Shown: positions 14,759 through 26,880 of the stretch, one piece after another
Layout: every line of letters starts with the position of its first letter
How positions within the stretch are numbered: the stretch's first letter is position 1
From: Octopus bimaculoides
Lineage: Eukaryota
Direction of reading: 5' to 3'
Length of the DNA: 64,000 bases
Assembly (NCBI RefSeq): GCF_001194135.2
Contig: NC_068983.1
Location: 147,463,671-147,527,670 of the forward strand
The notes under the pieces: model-generated
What the model saw: the letters and a program-made list of their open reading frames with translations, nothing else
Database searches by the model: none
Told to the model about the DNA's origin: nothing
Translations under genes and position numbers: made by a program

Positions 14759-15910
14759 GCACTTTATAATTTCAAACTTATTTTCTTTCAAATTCTAGTA
14801 AATAAAATTATATTCCATTCAAATTCTAGTAAATAAAATTATATTGCACTTTTTTTTTTCACTTTAGATATATTTATATAGATATAGATATTTTTATATA
14901 TTTTTATTTACTTTTAAAATTAAAAAGCATCAAACAAACAAACACTTTTAACCATATGTGCTCGATCACGACTTGGGTGACCTAGTGCTAAACAATAGAA
15001 ACATCAAACTGTTTGCTCTATCACATTATGTTACCAGTTTACAGGTAAATGGACAAGGTCATTGAGAGTAGAATGTCTTGAATAGGAACGAAATAGCGCC
15101 AGAAAGAAACTCCAGCTTTTTTCAAGACTGTCTGATGCTTTATGGAGACACTGTCATCTGTAGTTCCTTAGCGACATAATGGAATTGAAATAAATACAAC
15201 TGCATATCGAAACCGTGCCGTGTACTTACTGGACGTTTTTCTTTCTCCTCTCCAAATATTTATTTATTTCTGGTTAAAAAAACTGGATAGCAGTGGCATT
15301 TATATCATCCCTGATGGTGTCAAAAATATAAGTGAAATTAAATAGTGTTTAAATGAGAATCGAAATCGTTTCTCTGTCATCAATGTTAGGTGCTTACCTT
15401 CTATTCTAAAGAGTTATTGACGTCGTTCCTTGATAAAAACAGAAGGATTTCTTACCATAAGGGAAGTACATTATTTTCCTATAATGTGTGGAGAAAAACC
15501 TGATTGTGTGATACTCATTACTTTTGTAACGGCATTCCTGATGTAAACTTAAATCCACAGGGTCCTTACCCTGTCGCAGATTTGGCACGGCAGTAGTTTT
15601 ATCTTCACTCCGATGTATTATGTAAAACTATGATGTAATATACAAAAATCATGCAAAGAAAATTTTCAGCGGATTCCCTCTTTCAATATAATGTAAAACA
15701 ACTTTAATAGAATAAACAACAACTATAGATATTTTGAGTGTTTTCAACGCACTTTAATTATAATTTCAAACTCTTTTTCTTCCAAATTCTAGTAAATAAA
15801 ATTATATTCCATTTTTTTTTTCACTTTAGATATATTTATATAGATATAGATATTTATATATATTTATATTTACTTTTAAAATTAAAAAAGCATCAAACAA
15901 ACAAACAAAC
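14759..15910. repeat. AT-rich direct repeat pair of about 170 bp (14759-14944 and 15749-15910)
   Basis: Shared GCACTTT...TTCAAATTCTAGTAAATAAAATTATATTCC...TTTAGATATATTTATATAGATATAGAT...AAAAAGCATCAAACAAACAAAC. The first copy has an internal tandem duplication of about 30 bp. Confidence 0.9.
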
Positions 15911-16182
15911 AAAGAAAAAAATGACTTTAGTTTGTCATCTGACAATCAGTTCAACATCTTCAAATCCTTTCTGCAACAATTCTGCTTAGTAATAATGCTT
16001 ATTGTTTAAAACTCATTTCTTTTAAATATAAAATTCCATATCAATATGATTCTTTCTTTTTCTATAACTTTTTGCCACTCAGCCAATCGTTCTACAATTG
16101 ATATCTTCATTCTTTCTTTTTTCTTTTTAAACATTTCAAAGCTTTAGGAACTTTCAGCTGCCAGTAATTACAGGTATACTCA

Positions 16183-16257
<75 letters not shown>

Positions 16258-16272
16258 CATTATTATTATTAT

Positions 16273-16383
16273 TCGGCCGAGGTCAACTTTGTCTTTCAAC
16301 CTTTCGGGGGTCGATAAAACAAGTACCAGTTGAGTACTTGGGTCGATGTAATCGACTTATCCCTCCGAAATTGCTTATTGTTA
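16273..16383 (+). mobile_element. 5'-truncated Meta-like SINE next to an (ATT)n tract
   Basis: GTCAACTTTGTCTTTCAACCTTTCGGGGGTCGATAAAACAAGTACCAGTTGAGTACTTGGGTCGATGTAATCGAC matches the centre of the 28098 copy. Confidence 0.75.
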
Positions 16384-18954
16384 TTGATATCGTGGCGTTG
16401 CTCCCAAACTATCTGCGTGTTTAGATTCACCTATACCACGTCTATTCATTTCCAAAACGCCATATTTTTAACAGCAGTGAAGTCTCCCTCGTAGAACAAA
16501 TACAGTGATTTGGAATTAGACAATGTTAGTGAAAGTGAAAAGAGTCAATCATGCAACCAACAAGGAGGCATTCAAAGTGTTCATTTTATATATACATTCT
16601 GTTTATCTAACTGCTTAATAAAGAACTCTGTACAAATATACCAAAGATCCTCATGCAGGTATGTTTCTTCTCGGCTATATTCAGAGTAAAATATACTGGA
16701 GTGAGTTTCCTTTAACGTCTCAGAGCTGTAGGAGGAATTGGATTATTCACTGGTGCTGCAAGCTAACGAAACACCCGTCAATTTCTGAGTGTTTCCTTCG
16801 TTTATAGTAGCTAGCTGTAATATAGTTTGATCCTCTTTTGCAGTTAACCTGACAGGGTCAGCGAGAGTTTCTTAACCATAGGGCCATTATTGTGTTGATT
16901 GTGAAACAAATATCCTCATATTGATGGCCCATTCAGATTTTCCATATGCTGATTTCACATATTTCACAACCGACTATAAAGTTATATAGTCTTCATTTTA
17001 ATTCACTATTATTAAATCATGGAACATAATCCAGTTCTCATGAAATTAAGTGGTTGTGAGTCATGTTTAGATAGGATTTTAGATAGGACTCTGGTCTATC
17101 GTGGGTATTCAGTATCGGGGATTCTCATCACCGTACTTACCAATAGGGAGAGTGAAAAACTGATGTGTTAGAAATGAAGTAATTTGGTCAGTGATACACA
17201 TCAATGCTCATACGGAACTCAAAACCTTTAGATAGTTATCCCGGCTTCTTGCAATCTCAATCGGCTTCATCATAAACTGTTTTATAACAATAATATCAAT
17301 AATAATGATATTTACAACAATAATGATATTTCAGTTAGGAACGATATTTTAGGAATGTAGAGCATCGTTCGTAATAGAATGTCAAGATGCAGGTATTATA
17401 TATTTTGCCATCGTGCCTCAGAAGGATAGTGGGAACTTTACTATGCACAAGGACACATATATGTGATAGATGAAGCGTATGAAGTGTGACTTGTATGACA
17501 TTTAAGCCCTTTCCAAAAATTAGATGTTTCCAATCGATTTCAATATAGCTTTCCATTAAACAATACATGGATGTAGAAAAGTGACGTTTTGATTTTCCAA
17601 GAGCACTAATAATGATTTCTGATGACGTTGCTACAGTGAATCGAACGTTATCTCTAGAACTCATTTCAAAGAAAATATTACATCGCACTGTAACTACGTT
17701 ATAATGACTAGCAACAAGGCTGGAAGTGGTAGGGAGAGGGAGGGAGAGAGGGAGGGGGAGATAGATGATAGAGAGAGAAAGAAAGAGAGAGAGAGAGAGA
17801 GAGAGAGGGGGGAAGAAGTAAGGCCATTTAATTTAATCCCAAATGTATCTGTTACTTATTCTCACAACTCCGGACGGATAAAAGGCAAAGCTGTTTTAAC
17901 ATTCAGTTCTTTAATCTAGCTTGTGGTTATACTTGTTCGAAGGAACAGTCACATACTCATATACAAACATACATATATATATATATATANNNNNNNNNNN
18001 NNNNNNNNNNNNNNNNNNNNNNNNNNNNNNNNNNNNNNNNNNNNNNNNNNNNNNNNNNNNNNNNNNNNNNNNNNNNNNNNNNNNNNNNNNNNNNNNNNNN
18101 NNNNNNNNNNNNNNNNNNNNNNNNNNNNNNNNNNNNNNNNNNNNNNNNNNNNNNNNNNNNNNNNNNNNNNNNNNNNNNNNNNNNNNNNNNNNNNNNNNNN
18201 NNNNNNNNNNNNNNNNNNNNNNNNNNNNNNNNNNNNNNNNNNNNNNNNNNNNNNNNNNNNNNNNNNNNNNNNNNNNNNNNNNNNNNNNNNNNNNNNNNNN
18301 NNNNNNNNNNNNNNNNNNNNNNNNNNNNNNNNNNNNNNNNNNNNNNNNNNNNNNNNNNNNNNNNNNNNNNNNNNNNNNNNNNNNNNNNNNNNNNNNNNNN
18401 NNNNNNNNNNNNNNNNNNNNNNNNNNNNNNNNNNNNNNNNNNNNNNNNNNNNNNNNNNNNNNNNNNNNNNNNNNNNNNNNNNNNNNNNNNNNNNNNNNNN
18501 NNNNNNNNNNNNNNNNNNNTATATATATATATATGCATAAACCAATTTTACACCAAACCACACGGGCACACAAGAGTTATTCAATCAAGAAATAGGGAGT
18601 GTTGACGAAACTGTTTAACATTTATAGTTTCCCAATTCACCCTCAACGAAGTTCGTATATCAGCTAATGAGAAGGTCTTGGATTTGTTGAGGTCCTTCTT
18701 TGGCAGCTAGCAGCTGTTAGTGATTGTTCTTGTTATCCATAATTTTTTCCCTCCTGCTTATGATATCAACACCATAAAAGGAAGCATTGTAAATTAAAGT
18801 ATATCTTACACACACATACATGCACATCTATCTGTTTGTAGTCGTCTAAAAGTTCGTAAATTAGATCTTTGGTCATAGACAAAAAACTTCCGTGTTTGTG
18901 CAATGTTTCCAGTATATCTCAGCCTTTGTAAATCTCATTCATCTCCAAAGCTAA

Positions 18955-18960
18955 TTTATT
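18955..18960 (-). promoter_or_regulatory. Candidate polyadenylation signal for Nkx2.2
   Basis: AATAAA on the minus strand about 550 bp past the stop codon, after a CA/TA microsatellite block. Motif only. Confidence 0.2.
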
Positions 18961-19059
18961 TGGTCGGGTAAAATGATACGAAGTTACTCAACCAGAATTA
19001 GAACTCCTCTTGCTGGTTCAGTTGATTGACACTAGTAGTCCACTGTAACCTTCTACCGT

Positions 19060-19062
19060 GTA

Positions 19063-19123
<61 letters not shown>

Positions 19124-19125
19124 CA

Positions 19126-19176
<51 letters not shown>

Positions 19177-19211
19177 TGTGTGTGTTCCTGTGTGTATGCA
19201 TATATATATGC

Positions 19212-19276
<65 letters not shown>

Positions 19277-19440
19277 AATACATGCATACATATGTATATA
19301 TATATATATGTGTGTATATACACATACATAAACACACACATACATATATAAATGTATGTGTGTGTGCATGTGTGTGTGTTTGTGTGTGTGTGTGCATGTG
19401 TATGTGTTTGTGTGTGTGTGCATGTGTGTGTGTGCGTATC
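19060..19440. repeat. Compound TACA/TA/TG microsatellite in the putative Nkx2.2 3' UTR
   Basis: Visible simple repeats starting about 70 bp past the stop codon. Confidence 0.9.
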
Positions 19441-19508
19441 AATTCTGGCGTATTTAATTACCCCCTCCAACCATGTTGCAAGAGACGAAGTTTCTCATTG
19501 TTAAATTC

Positions 19509-20184
19509 TCACCACCAGCCTGATCTTGGTTGCATGAGTGGATGCGAATAACTCGGTAATACACTCATGCCTACATTAAGATTCACAGAATTCATACTAT
19601 AGGAACAATTCATGTTCATTGAAGAAGATGCCAATGTTGACGCCATGTTAGCCATAGAATTCATCGGTGGCATTGAGTTCATCTGGTTATGAGCAGAAAG
19701 ACTGTTATTTATGTTAGAACTTACTGTTGCGCCCAAGTTATGTTGTAACGAGAGCTGATCCTGTGCCTTTACAAGAGATCCGTTGACCGTCGATTGACAC
19801 GGTTTTCCATCTCGTACCAACACGGGCACAGCTACACGCCTTGGCGATGGTAGAGGGTTCAGTTCAATGCCTTTCTCTTGACGGGCCCGCTTCAACTTGT
19901 AACGGTGATTTTGAAACCAGATTTTCACTTGAGTCGGCGTGAGGCGAATGATGCTAGCGAGATGCTCACGTTCCGGGGCGGAGAGGTAGCGTTGCTGGCG
20001 GAAGCGACGCTCCAGCTCATAGGTCTGGGCTTTAGAAAACAACACCCGACGTTTGCGCTTTTTCTGAGAATCGCTACCGCCTCCACCACCACCTCCTCCA
20101 CTGCTTCCGTTGCTTCCTCCCACTCCTATTCCGCCTGCACCGACTCCTCCTCCCCCCGAATGAAGAACAAAGCTTTCTACCGTT
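19509..20184 (-). CDS. nkx2-2: NK2-class homeobox transcription factor (Nkx2.2/vnd orthologue), last coding exon, 5'-partial
   Basis: Translation gives [60 protein letters not shown] (homeodomain 19881-20060, with the NK2-diagnostic Tyr54, nearly identical to vertebrate Nkx2.2). It is followed by the NK2-specific domain [17 protein letters not shown] (19797-19847), a Met/Asn/Ser-rich tail ending in WW and a stop at 19509-19511. The frame is open up to the N gap at 20185. Confidence 0.96.
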
Positions 20185-20790
20185 NNNNNNNNNNNNNNNN
20201 NNNNNNNNNNNNNNNNNNNNNNNNNNNNNNNNNNNNNNNNNNNNNNNNNNNNNNNNNNNNNNNNNNNNNNNNNNNNNNNNNNNNNNNNNNNNNNNNNNNN
20301 NNNNNNNNNNNNNNNNNNNNNNNNNNNNNNNNNNNNNNNNNNNNNNNNNNNNNNNNNNNNNNNNNNNNNNNNNNNNNNNNNNNNNNNNNNNNNNNNNNNN
20401 NNNNNNNNNNNNNNNNNNNNNNNNNNNNNNNNNNNNNNNNNNNNNNNNNNNNNNNNNNNNNNNNNNNNNNNNNNNNNNNNNNNNNNNNNNNNNNNNNNNN
20501 NNNNNNNNNNNNNNNNNNNNNNNNNNNNNNNNNNNNNNNNNNNNNNNNNNNNNNNNNNNNNNNNNNNNNNNNNNNNNNNNNNNNNNNNNNNNNNNNNNNN
20601 NNNNNNNNNNNNNNNNNNNNNNNNNNNNNNNNNNNNNNNNNNNNNNNNNNNNNNNNNNNNNNNNNNNNNNNNNNNNNNNNNNNNNNNNNNNNNNNNNNNN
20701 NNNNNNNNNNNNNNNNNNNNNNNNNNNNNNNNNNNNNNNNNNAGAGAGTAAATATAAAAAAACAAATGTGTGTGTTTTTTCTGTGTGTGT
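20185..20790 (-). other. Assembly gap probably hiding the splice acceptor and start of the Nkx2.2 homeobox exon
   Basis: N run 20185-20742. On the minus strand the upstream contig ends in a pyrimidine-rich tract (TTTGTTTTTTTATATTTACTCTCT) that runs into the gap. No acceptor is visible inside the sequenced exon. Confidence 0.55.
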
Positions 20791-20850
20791 GCATATTTAG
20801 ATGCACAATCTTGTCTCTTATTGTTGCGGGTTTTGAATTAAAGCAAAGCC

Positions 20851-20883
<33 letters not shown>

Positions 20884-20921
20884 TCAACAACAACAGCAGC
20901 AACAACAACAACAACAACAAC

Positions 20922-20952
<31 letters not shown>

Positions 20953-21881
20953 TAAAGTTAGAAAATCATTGCTTGGAATTGCAAGAGTACTCTACAGGGT
21001 TCTTGAAGCAAGATCCGTAAGCAAGCGTCACCTTAGTCTGCTGACTGTGTACAGCTATTTTCCATCATACTCAACAAAATAAGTCATTCGTAAGCGAGTG
21101 TGACATGATAGCTTGCATAATGCTTTCACTAATTGTTTTAGGTGTCTATGAAGACCTAGTAGAGCATTGAGGATGTGATAGATTGAATAAGAAACACTAC
21201 CTCAGCGTTAGGCTGGTACGCATTTTCAGTGGAGTAAACGGCAACAACGTGAAACAAAATTACTTGCTGGAAAACATGATTGTTATTCCAATGATTTAAT
21301 CACTAGGTTAAGCTTACAACCAAAAAAACAATATGGCATATAAGCAAAGAGAACGATAGAAAATAAATTAATGATCTCGTACTTGTTAATGCGATCAACA
21401 TAAATGTATATAAGAAATACAAACAAATACTATTTAAATACGACATTAAAAAGAAGTACCAGAAATCAAAGAACGTGTAAAACAAGAGAACCTCGCTCAA
21501 TCTCAAAGCATCAGTCGTTATGAAACACAACAACGATTCTTTGAACAAAATAATCAGTTCTAATCAAAACCAAACGAATTTATGAAGAACTACGTAAAAA
21601 TATAACAGAAATGAATACAAAATTCCAGCAGTAAGAGTAGAAGGATTTTAGGGGAGTGTTTGAGAAGGGAAGAATTACTGCAACCAATAATCTGCTAAAC
21701 AACAAATGCAGCACCTGACCAACTGGGGGAAGCAATAGCAATACAGGATGTAATAGATGCTACAAAAACAAGCATAAAAAATGATAACGTTCCAGATTTC
21801 TAGTTGATATATTCAAGTAGTACAAGGAAGAAAGAACATCAGAATGTCATACCTAGAATAAGACCTTAAGACTAAACAAAA

Positions 21882-22093
21882 GTCGGTGAGCTGGCGGAAT
21901 TACAAGCGTGTCAGACAAATTATGGAGCAGCATTTCCTCCGGCCTTTTATGTTCTGAGTTCAAATGCCACGGAGGTCGACTTTTCCTGTTTTCGATATCA
22001 ATAACATAAGTTCCACTTGAGTACCGGGGCCGATTTAATCGGTTTCCCTTTCCCCTCAAATCTATTGGTCTTGTACCAACGTCAGAAACAATC
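21882..22093 (+). mobile_element. Meta-like tRNA SINE nested in the Dong remnant
   Basis: GGTGAGCTGGCGGAAT head, GTTCTGAGTTCAAATGCC B-box and GAGGTCGACTTTTCCTG centre. Confidence 0.7.
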
Positions 22094-22514
22094 TTTAGAC
22101 TAAAAATAGATACTAAAACCTACATACTTATAACCTGCGTGCTTGCAGTGAACAAACAGTTACTACAAAGAATAAATGCATACTTAGAAAATTATTTGCA
22201 GAAAAACAGAAGGAATGCAGCAAAGGATCGTGCTGCATGTTTGTAAATATGAATTACTGACCGACCCGACTCTCACCGAAAACAGTATTTGATAAAGGAC
22301 GGTATGAGTGTGGTAGAGATAGAGCTTTCAGAGAGATTTTATTACTGTCTCTGTAGATTCTGGAAACTTCATCCTCAAGTAAGATTGCATGAATAACAAA
22401 CAGATACTAAGACCAAATTATGAATAAATAATAAAAGAATTTTACAGACACAGACAAAAGTAAGGATTATAAAGAATGTAAAATGTTTAGAAGAGAAATA
22501 AGGGATTGCTTTTT

Positions 22515-22657
22515 TTTTTCACGCCTTTTTCACGCCTTTTTCACGCCTTTTTCACGCCTTTTTCACGCCTTTTTCACGCCTTTTTCACGCCTTTTTCACG
22601 CCTTTTTCACGCCTTTTTCACGCCTTTTTCATGCCTTTTTCACGCCTTTTTCACGCA
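22515..22657 (+). repeat. Minisatellite of 13 copies of the 11-mer TTTTTCACGCC
   Basis: Counted directly. Unit 11 is TTTTTCATGCC and unit 13 ends CACGCA. There are no spacers between units. Confidence 0.97.
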
Positions 22658-22989
22658 TTAACACTTTAACCAGTATGATAATCCACACTGAACTCAAATG
22701 CAAATGCTAAGAGAACGAGCTAAAGATCTGCAGTATATGGGTGACCTGAAGCTGTACATGGGAGATAATAAGCAACTGGTACTACTATTAGAGTATATAA
22801 ATTCAGTAGTATAATCGAGAAAAAATAACACGTCAATGCAACATTAAAAAAGAAAATTTAATAAAAACACATACGAGTTTAAGAGAATTAGATCCAACAT
22901 AGACTCACAAATACTTACATTTGCATTACGTACTCAAAGGAAGGAAAAGGTTAGGAAGGAATGAGATATATGAGGTTAATTCTTACACT

Positions 22990-23285
22990 ATTACCCTGGA
23001 AACATGGGTATTTCGTCCATAAACCTTAAACAACCCTTGTTCAGGGACCTTCTGAGTGGGTTGGGCTCCTCGACTTCAAGAAAATTCTGACTGGGCCCCA
23101 TCTGCAAGGTCATGTTCCGTTTATCTTGATATGAGGTAACCATGTCACGTACATATGGTTGTGATGCATGTGTCTGGCGTACCGTTATCATTCGGATAGT
23201 CATGATCGGTATATTGGGCTTCGTGTATTTGCAGTCCGGTGTCATTTTGATGGCATGTACCGCTCTCTCACTTAATAATAATAAT
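22990..23285 (+). mobile_element. 3' end of an unclassified non-LTR/SINE-type element with a (TAA)n tail
   Basis: Non-coding segment with higher GC ending ...GATGGCATGTACCGCTCTCTCACTTAATAATAATAAT. Classification is by tail structure and context only. Confidence 0.45.
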
Positions 23286-23316
23286 AATTATTATTACAAT
23301 AGTAATAATAATGATG

Positions 23317-23348
<32 letters not shown>

Positions 23349-23459
23349 GGTGATGATGATGATGATGATGATGATGATGGTGATGATGATGGTGATGATG
23401 GTGATGATGATGATAATGACGACGACGACGACGACAACAACAACAACAATAATAATAAC

Positions 23460-23855
23460 CACTATAAGTCGTGGCGACATGATCAGGTAGCGAAAGTGCT
23501 ACATAGGAAACTGCGAAAAGTAGGGGCTAGAGAGAGGTATGAGCACAAACTGCAGAGAGTGGTGGAGTCAGAGACTAGCAAAATCCTCCGGGATTTCCCA
23601 ATCGAAACAGATCAGGTGCTAGACCATAACAGACCGGACCTAGTGGTGGTGGTGGAAAAGGTGCACCATATATGCTATATAGTTGAAATTGCATGCCCCT
23701 TTAACCCACGAATCATCAAGAATGAAAGCGAAAATATAGATAAATACAATTCTCTTAAGCACGAAATAGCCTGCCTATGGAAAATGAAGAAGGTGAAAAT
23801 AGTGCTAATTATTGTTGGGACCATTTACAAACTCAGTAAACCCTTGGAATGGTAG
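23460..23855 (+). mobile_element. R4/Dong-type retrotransposon fragment, restriction-like endonuclease domain
   Basis: WRHDQVAKVLHRKL...SKILRDFPIETDQVLDHNRPDLVVVVEKVHHICYIVEIACPF...EKVKIVLIIVG-type text. Closely similar at DNA level to 54480-54850. Preceded by a TAA/GAT/AAC tract. Confidence 0.9.
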
Positions 23856-24214
23856 AGCTATTAATTGCACTGCTACTTCAAGATAAACTCTACAAACATG
23901 GAAGCTCTAATAGCTAGACTTCTCTAAGAATCTTGCAGGGTAACCAAAACAATCGTGCAGGTACTCATTTACTATCATACATTGTTGACTGGTTGAGTCA
24001 TGACAAATAGCTGCTGTTGTATGTAGGAAAAATTTGGATATTAATCGTGTCCATGGTAAGATATTAACCGTGTCCATTGCCCAATAGTCTTTCTTTAACC
24101 TGGAAAGAAGGAGAGTTTTTCTGTCTGGTAACCATGGAAAAGAGATTGTATGATGGACATAATTAAAAGGACTAAGGATAAATGCTTATCTCTTTGACCA
24201 AGCTCATCAATTAT

Positions 24215-24295
24215 AGTAGAAAGTATTTTCTACTATAGCCCTGGGTCGAGAAATGCCTTATGAGTAAATTTTGAGAAACAGTATCGAAGCTCATC

Positions 24296-24300
<5 letters not shown>
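24215..24300 (+). mobile_element. SINE fragment (segment preceding the internal TA repeat)
   Basis: TTCTACTATAGCCCTGGGTCGA...GCCTTATGAGT...ATCGTATATATA resembles the corresponding part of the 50395-50814 SINE. Confidence 0.55.
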
Positions 24301-24328
<28 letters not shown>

Positions 24329-24359
24329 TTCAAAAAAGGAAAAAGAGGAAAAAAACAAC

Positions 24360-24531
24360 AACAAAAAACAACAACGTGAGGACGTGATACAGATTGTGTT
24401 ACTAGACGATCGGGAAAGGAAAGAGAGAGAGAGTATGACGTTTCGAGCGGAGCTCTTCGTCGGAAACAAGGAAAGTCCAAAGAAGGGAAAAACAGAGGAA
24501 GAAAAAATCGCCACCGATGTCCACGAGGTTA

Positions 24532-24535
<4 letters not shown>
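24360..24535 (-). mobile_element. Penelope-like element terminus with a degenerate hammerhead motif
   Basis: Minus strand GTTT-CCGACGA-A-GAGC-TCC-GCTC-GAAA-CGTC-ATAC (24433-24467). Downstream sequence resembles that after the 47526 motif (TTCCCGA.CGT...GTCCTC...GTTGTTGTTT). Confidence 0.6.
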
Positions 24536-24573
<38 letters not shown>

Positions 24574-24575
24574 AT

Positions 24576-24919
24576 ATTTATATAAGGGCATTACTATATA
24601 GCAATGCCTCACGCTTAGAGGGACTAAATAAGTCAAAAATACCCAAAAATAAGCACATATTTAACCTCCTAAAAACATTTAACTTAACGGCAAACCACTG
24701 GTTTCATAATTAATGCAGCAATGTAGTAAGCATCTTTTATTCATTGCATTAATTATGAAACCAGTGGTTTGCCGTTAAGTTAAATGTTTTTAGGAGGTTA
24801 ATTTTTGAAAATTGCATTCCGTCGCTTTCGGTAAATATGTGCTTATTTTTTGGTAGTTTTGACTTATTTAGTCCCTCTAAGCGTGAGACATTGCTATATA
24901 GTAATGCCCTTATATAAAT
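24576..24919. mobile_element. Foldback MITE-like element, almost entirely palindromic
   Basis: ATTTATATAAGGGCATTACTATATAGCAATG...CATAATTAATGCA pairs with TGCATTAATTATG...CATTGCTATATAGTAATGCCCTTATATAAAT. The right arm carries an extra segment of about 33 bp. It sits in a TA-rich context. Confidence 0.85.
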
Positions 24920-25109
24920 TATATATATTTATGGAAAAAAACGATGGGTTTTTTTCCTTATGGGGTTTTTTCACGCTGACTACTTGATAAATTCTTATAA
25001 AGATTTTATCCTAAACAGTTTAATAGCTGAAATAAGTAAAAATATATGTATGCGTGTCTCTTTGTATTGGTGCTTCTTAGTTTTTCTCTCACCACCCATC
25101 ACTTGTCCA

Positions 25110-25222
25110 CATAATATAGCTCCAGACTTTAAAACAAATAAGTCGATCTGTCTAACTAAAATCCTTCAAGGTGGCGCTCCATCCACAATCGCGGTCCAGC
25201 GACCGAAACAAGTAAAAGATAA
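25110..25222 (+). mobile_element. SINE 3' end
   Basis: AAGGTGGCGCTCCA...GCGACCGAAACAAGTAAAAGAT resembles the family terminus AAGGCGGTGCTCCAGCATGG...GAAACAAGTAAAAGA. Confidence 0.55.
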
Positions 25223-25859
25223 TAGAAGAGGAAGAACAGGAGTAGAAAGAAAGAAAGAAAGAAGAAGAAGAAGAAGAAGAAGAAGAAGAAGAAGAAGAAG
25301 AAGAAGAAGAAGAAGAAGAAGAAATGCATGAGGTAGCAGAAGAAAGCCGTTCGTGAAAGAGGATAAGAAGAAGAAATAGAAAGGCAATAAAAAGAGAAAG
25401 TATTCGCAACATTCAGAGAAAAGTATTTATGCTAATATTATTCTGCTTACGTCATTAAGTGAGAAAAGGTTTCCATTTGTTTACTTGTATATTTGTTTGT
25501 ATATTTGTTTGTTCTGTAGAAAGCTTAGAAACGGTTAAATAGGCCCTTTCTTTTCATTAACATTTCCAGAAGAAAGGAAACAAAAGAAAATCCTTATTAA
25601 TTCTGAAGACCTCCATTCGCTGTAGCAGATCAATTGAAATACAGAAGGAAAGCTGATGCCAGTTAGCTGCCGTCACTATTATTATTTATGAGATTCTACA
25701 GTGCTGCATACACACCTCTATCTCTATCTACCTACTTTAGCACCGCTTAGAACTTCCGGTCTCATTTATCATCATCATCCGCATTGAAAAAGTTTTTGTT
25801 ACAGTCGTTGTTGAAATTCGACTTATTTCTATGCCTTTTGGTTAACATCTCTTTCTCCA

Positions 25860-25928
<69 letters not shown>

Positions 25929-26301
25929 NNNNNNNNNNNNNNNNNNNNNNNNNNNNNNNNNNNNNNNNNNNNNNNNNNNNNNNNNNNNNNNNNNNNNNNN
26001 NNNNNNNNNNNNNNNNNNNNNNNNNNNNNNNNNNNNNNNNNNNNNNNNNNNNNNNNNNNNNNNNNNNNNNNNNNNNNNNNNNNNNNNNNNNNNNNNNNNN
26101 NNNNNNNNNNNNNNNNNNNNNNNNNNNNNNNNNNNNNNNNNNNNNNNNNNNNNNNNNNNNNNNNNNNNNNNNNNNNNNNNNNNNNNNNNNNNNNNNNNNN
26201 NNNNNNNNNNNNNNNNNNNNNNNNNNNNNNNNNNNNNNNNNNNNNNNNNNNNNNNNNNNNNNNNNNNNNNNNNNNNNNNNNNNNNNNNNNNNNNNNNNNN
26301 N

Positions 26302-26338
<37 letters not shown>

Positions 26339-26339
26339 G

Positions 26340-26370
<31 letters not shown>

Positions 26371-26764
26371 GCATTTATGTATATATATATATGGCACATA
26401 TTTGTGTGTGTGTGCATGTGTGAATGATGTACACAGGCGGGCGCACACACACAAGCGCGCGCGATTTATTCCGTTTTCTTTCATTTTAGTGATGAGTAAA
26501 TTAGGATTCATCGGTAAATATGTGCTTAGATCTTTCAGAAAAAAAAAGAAAAAAAAAGAGAAAACGAAAACTACAGAGAAGTTAACAGAATGATGCACTG
26601 ATACGCTTAGAGAACGTGAACATTAAGTAAATATGACTTGTCATAACTAGTACTATACTACATATCCTGAGATAACGTAAACTTCTATACTTAGCATAGT
26701 TTGAAAATAATCACACGCATTTTCTTATGCTTTTTGTTCATGCTGTTTTTGTTGCTGTTTCGAT

Positions 26765-26809
<45 letters not shown>

Positions 26810-26880
26810 CTTCTTCTTCTTCTTCTTCTTCTTCTTCTTCTTCTTCTTCTTCTTCTTCTTCTCATTATTATTATTATTAT

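Larger units (their letters stand above)
21340..22985 (+). mobile_element. Old R4/Dong-type retrotransposon remnant (N-terminal region plus RT), interrupted by a SINE and a minisatellite
   Basis: Degenerate peptides in the expected order: KERVKQENLAQSQSISRYETQQRFFEQNNQF; YILITCVL (NYRPITCL-like); EKQKECSKGS (EQKGC-like); RREIRDCFFFS (QGDSLSPLLF-like); LQYMGDLKLY (YMDDLKLY box, about 22728-22757); HKYL. Confidence 0.75.

Noticed and set aside
17619-17652. CTGATGA...GAAC as a hammerhead
   Set aside because: No pairing for stem II or stem I, and GAAC instead of GAAA.
22515-22657. Tandem array as a CRISPR
   Set aside because: 11-bp units with no spacers, in a eukaryotic context with no cas genes.
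26508-26527. 17-nt match (TCGGTAAATATGTGCTT) to the 24.6-kb MITE arm
   Set aside because: Too short and isolated to call a second copy.
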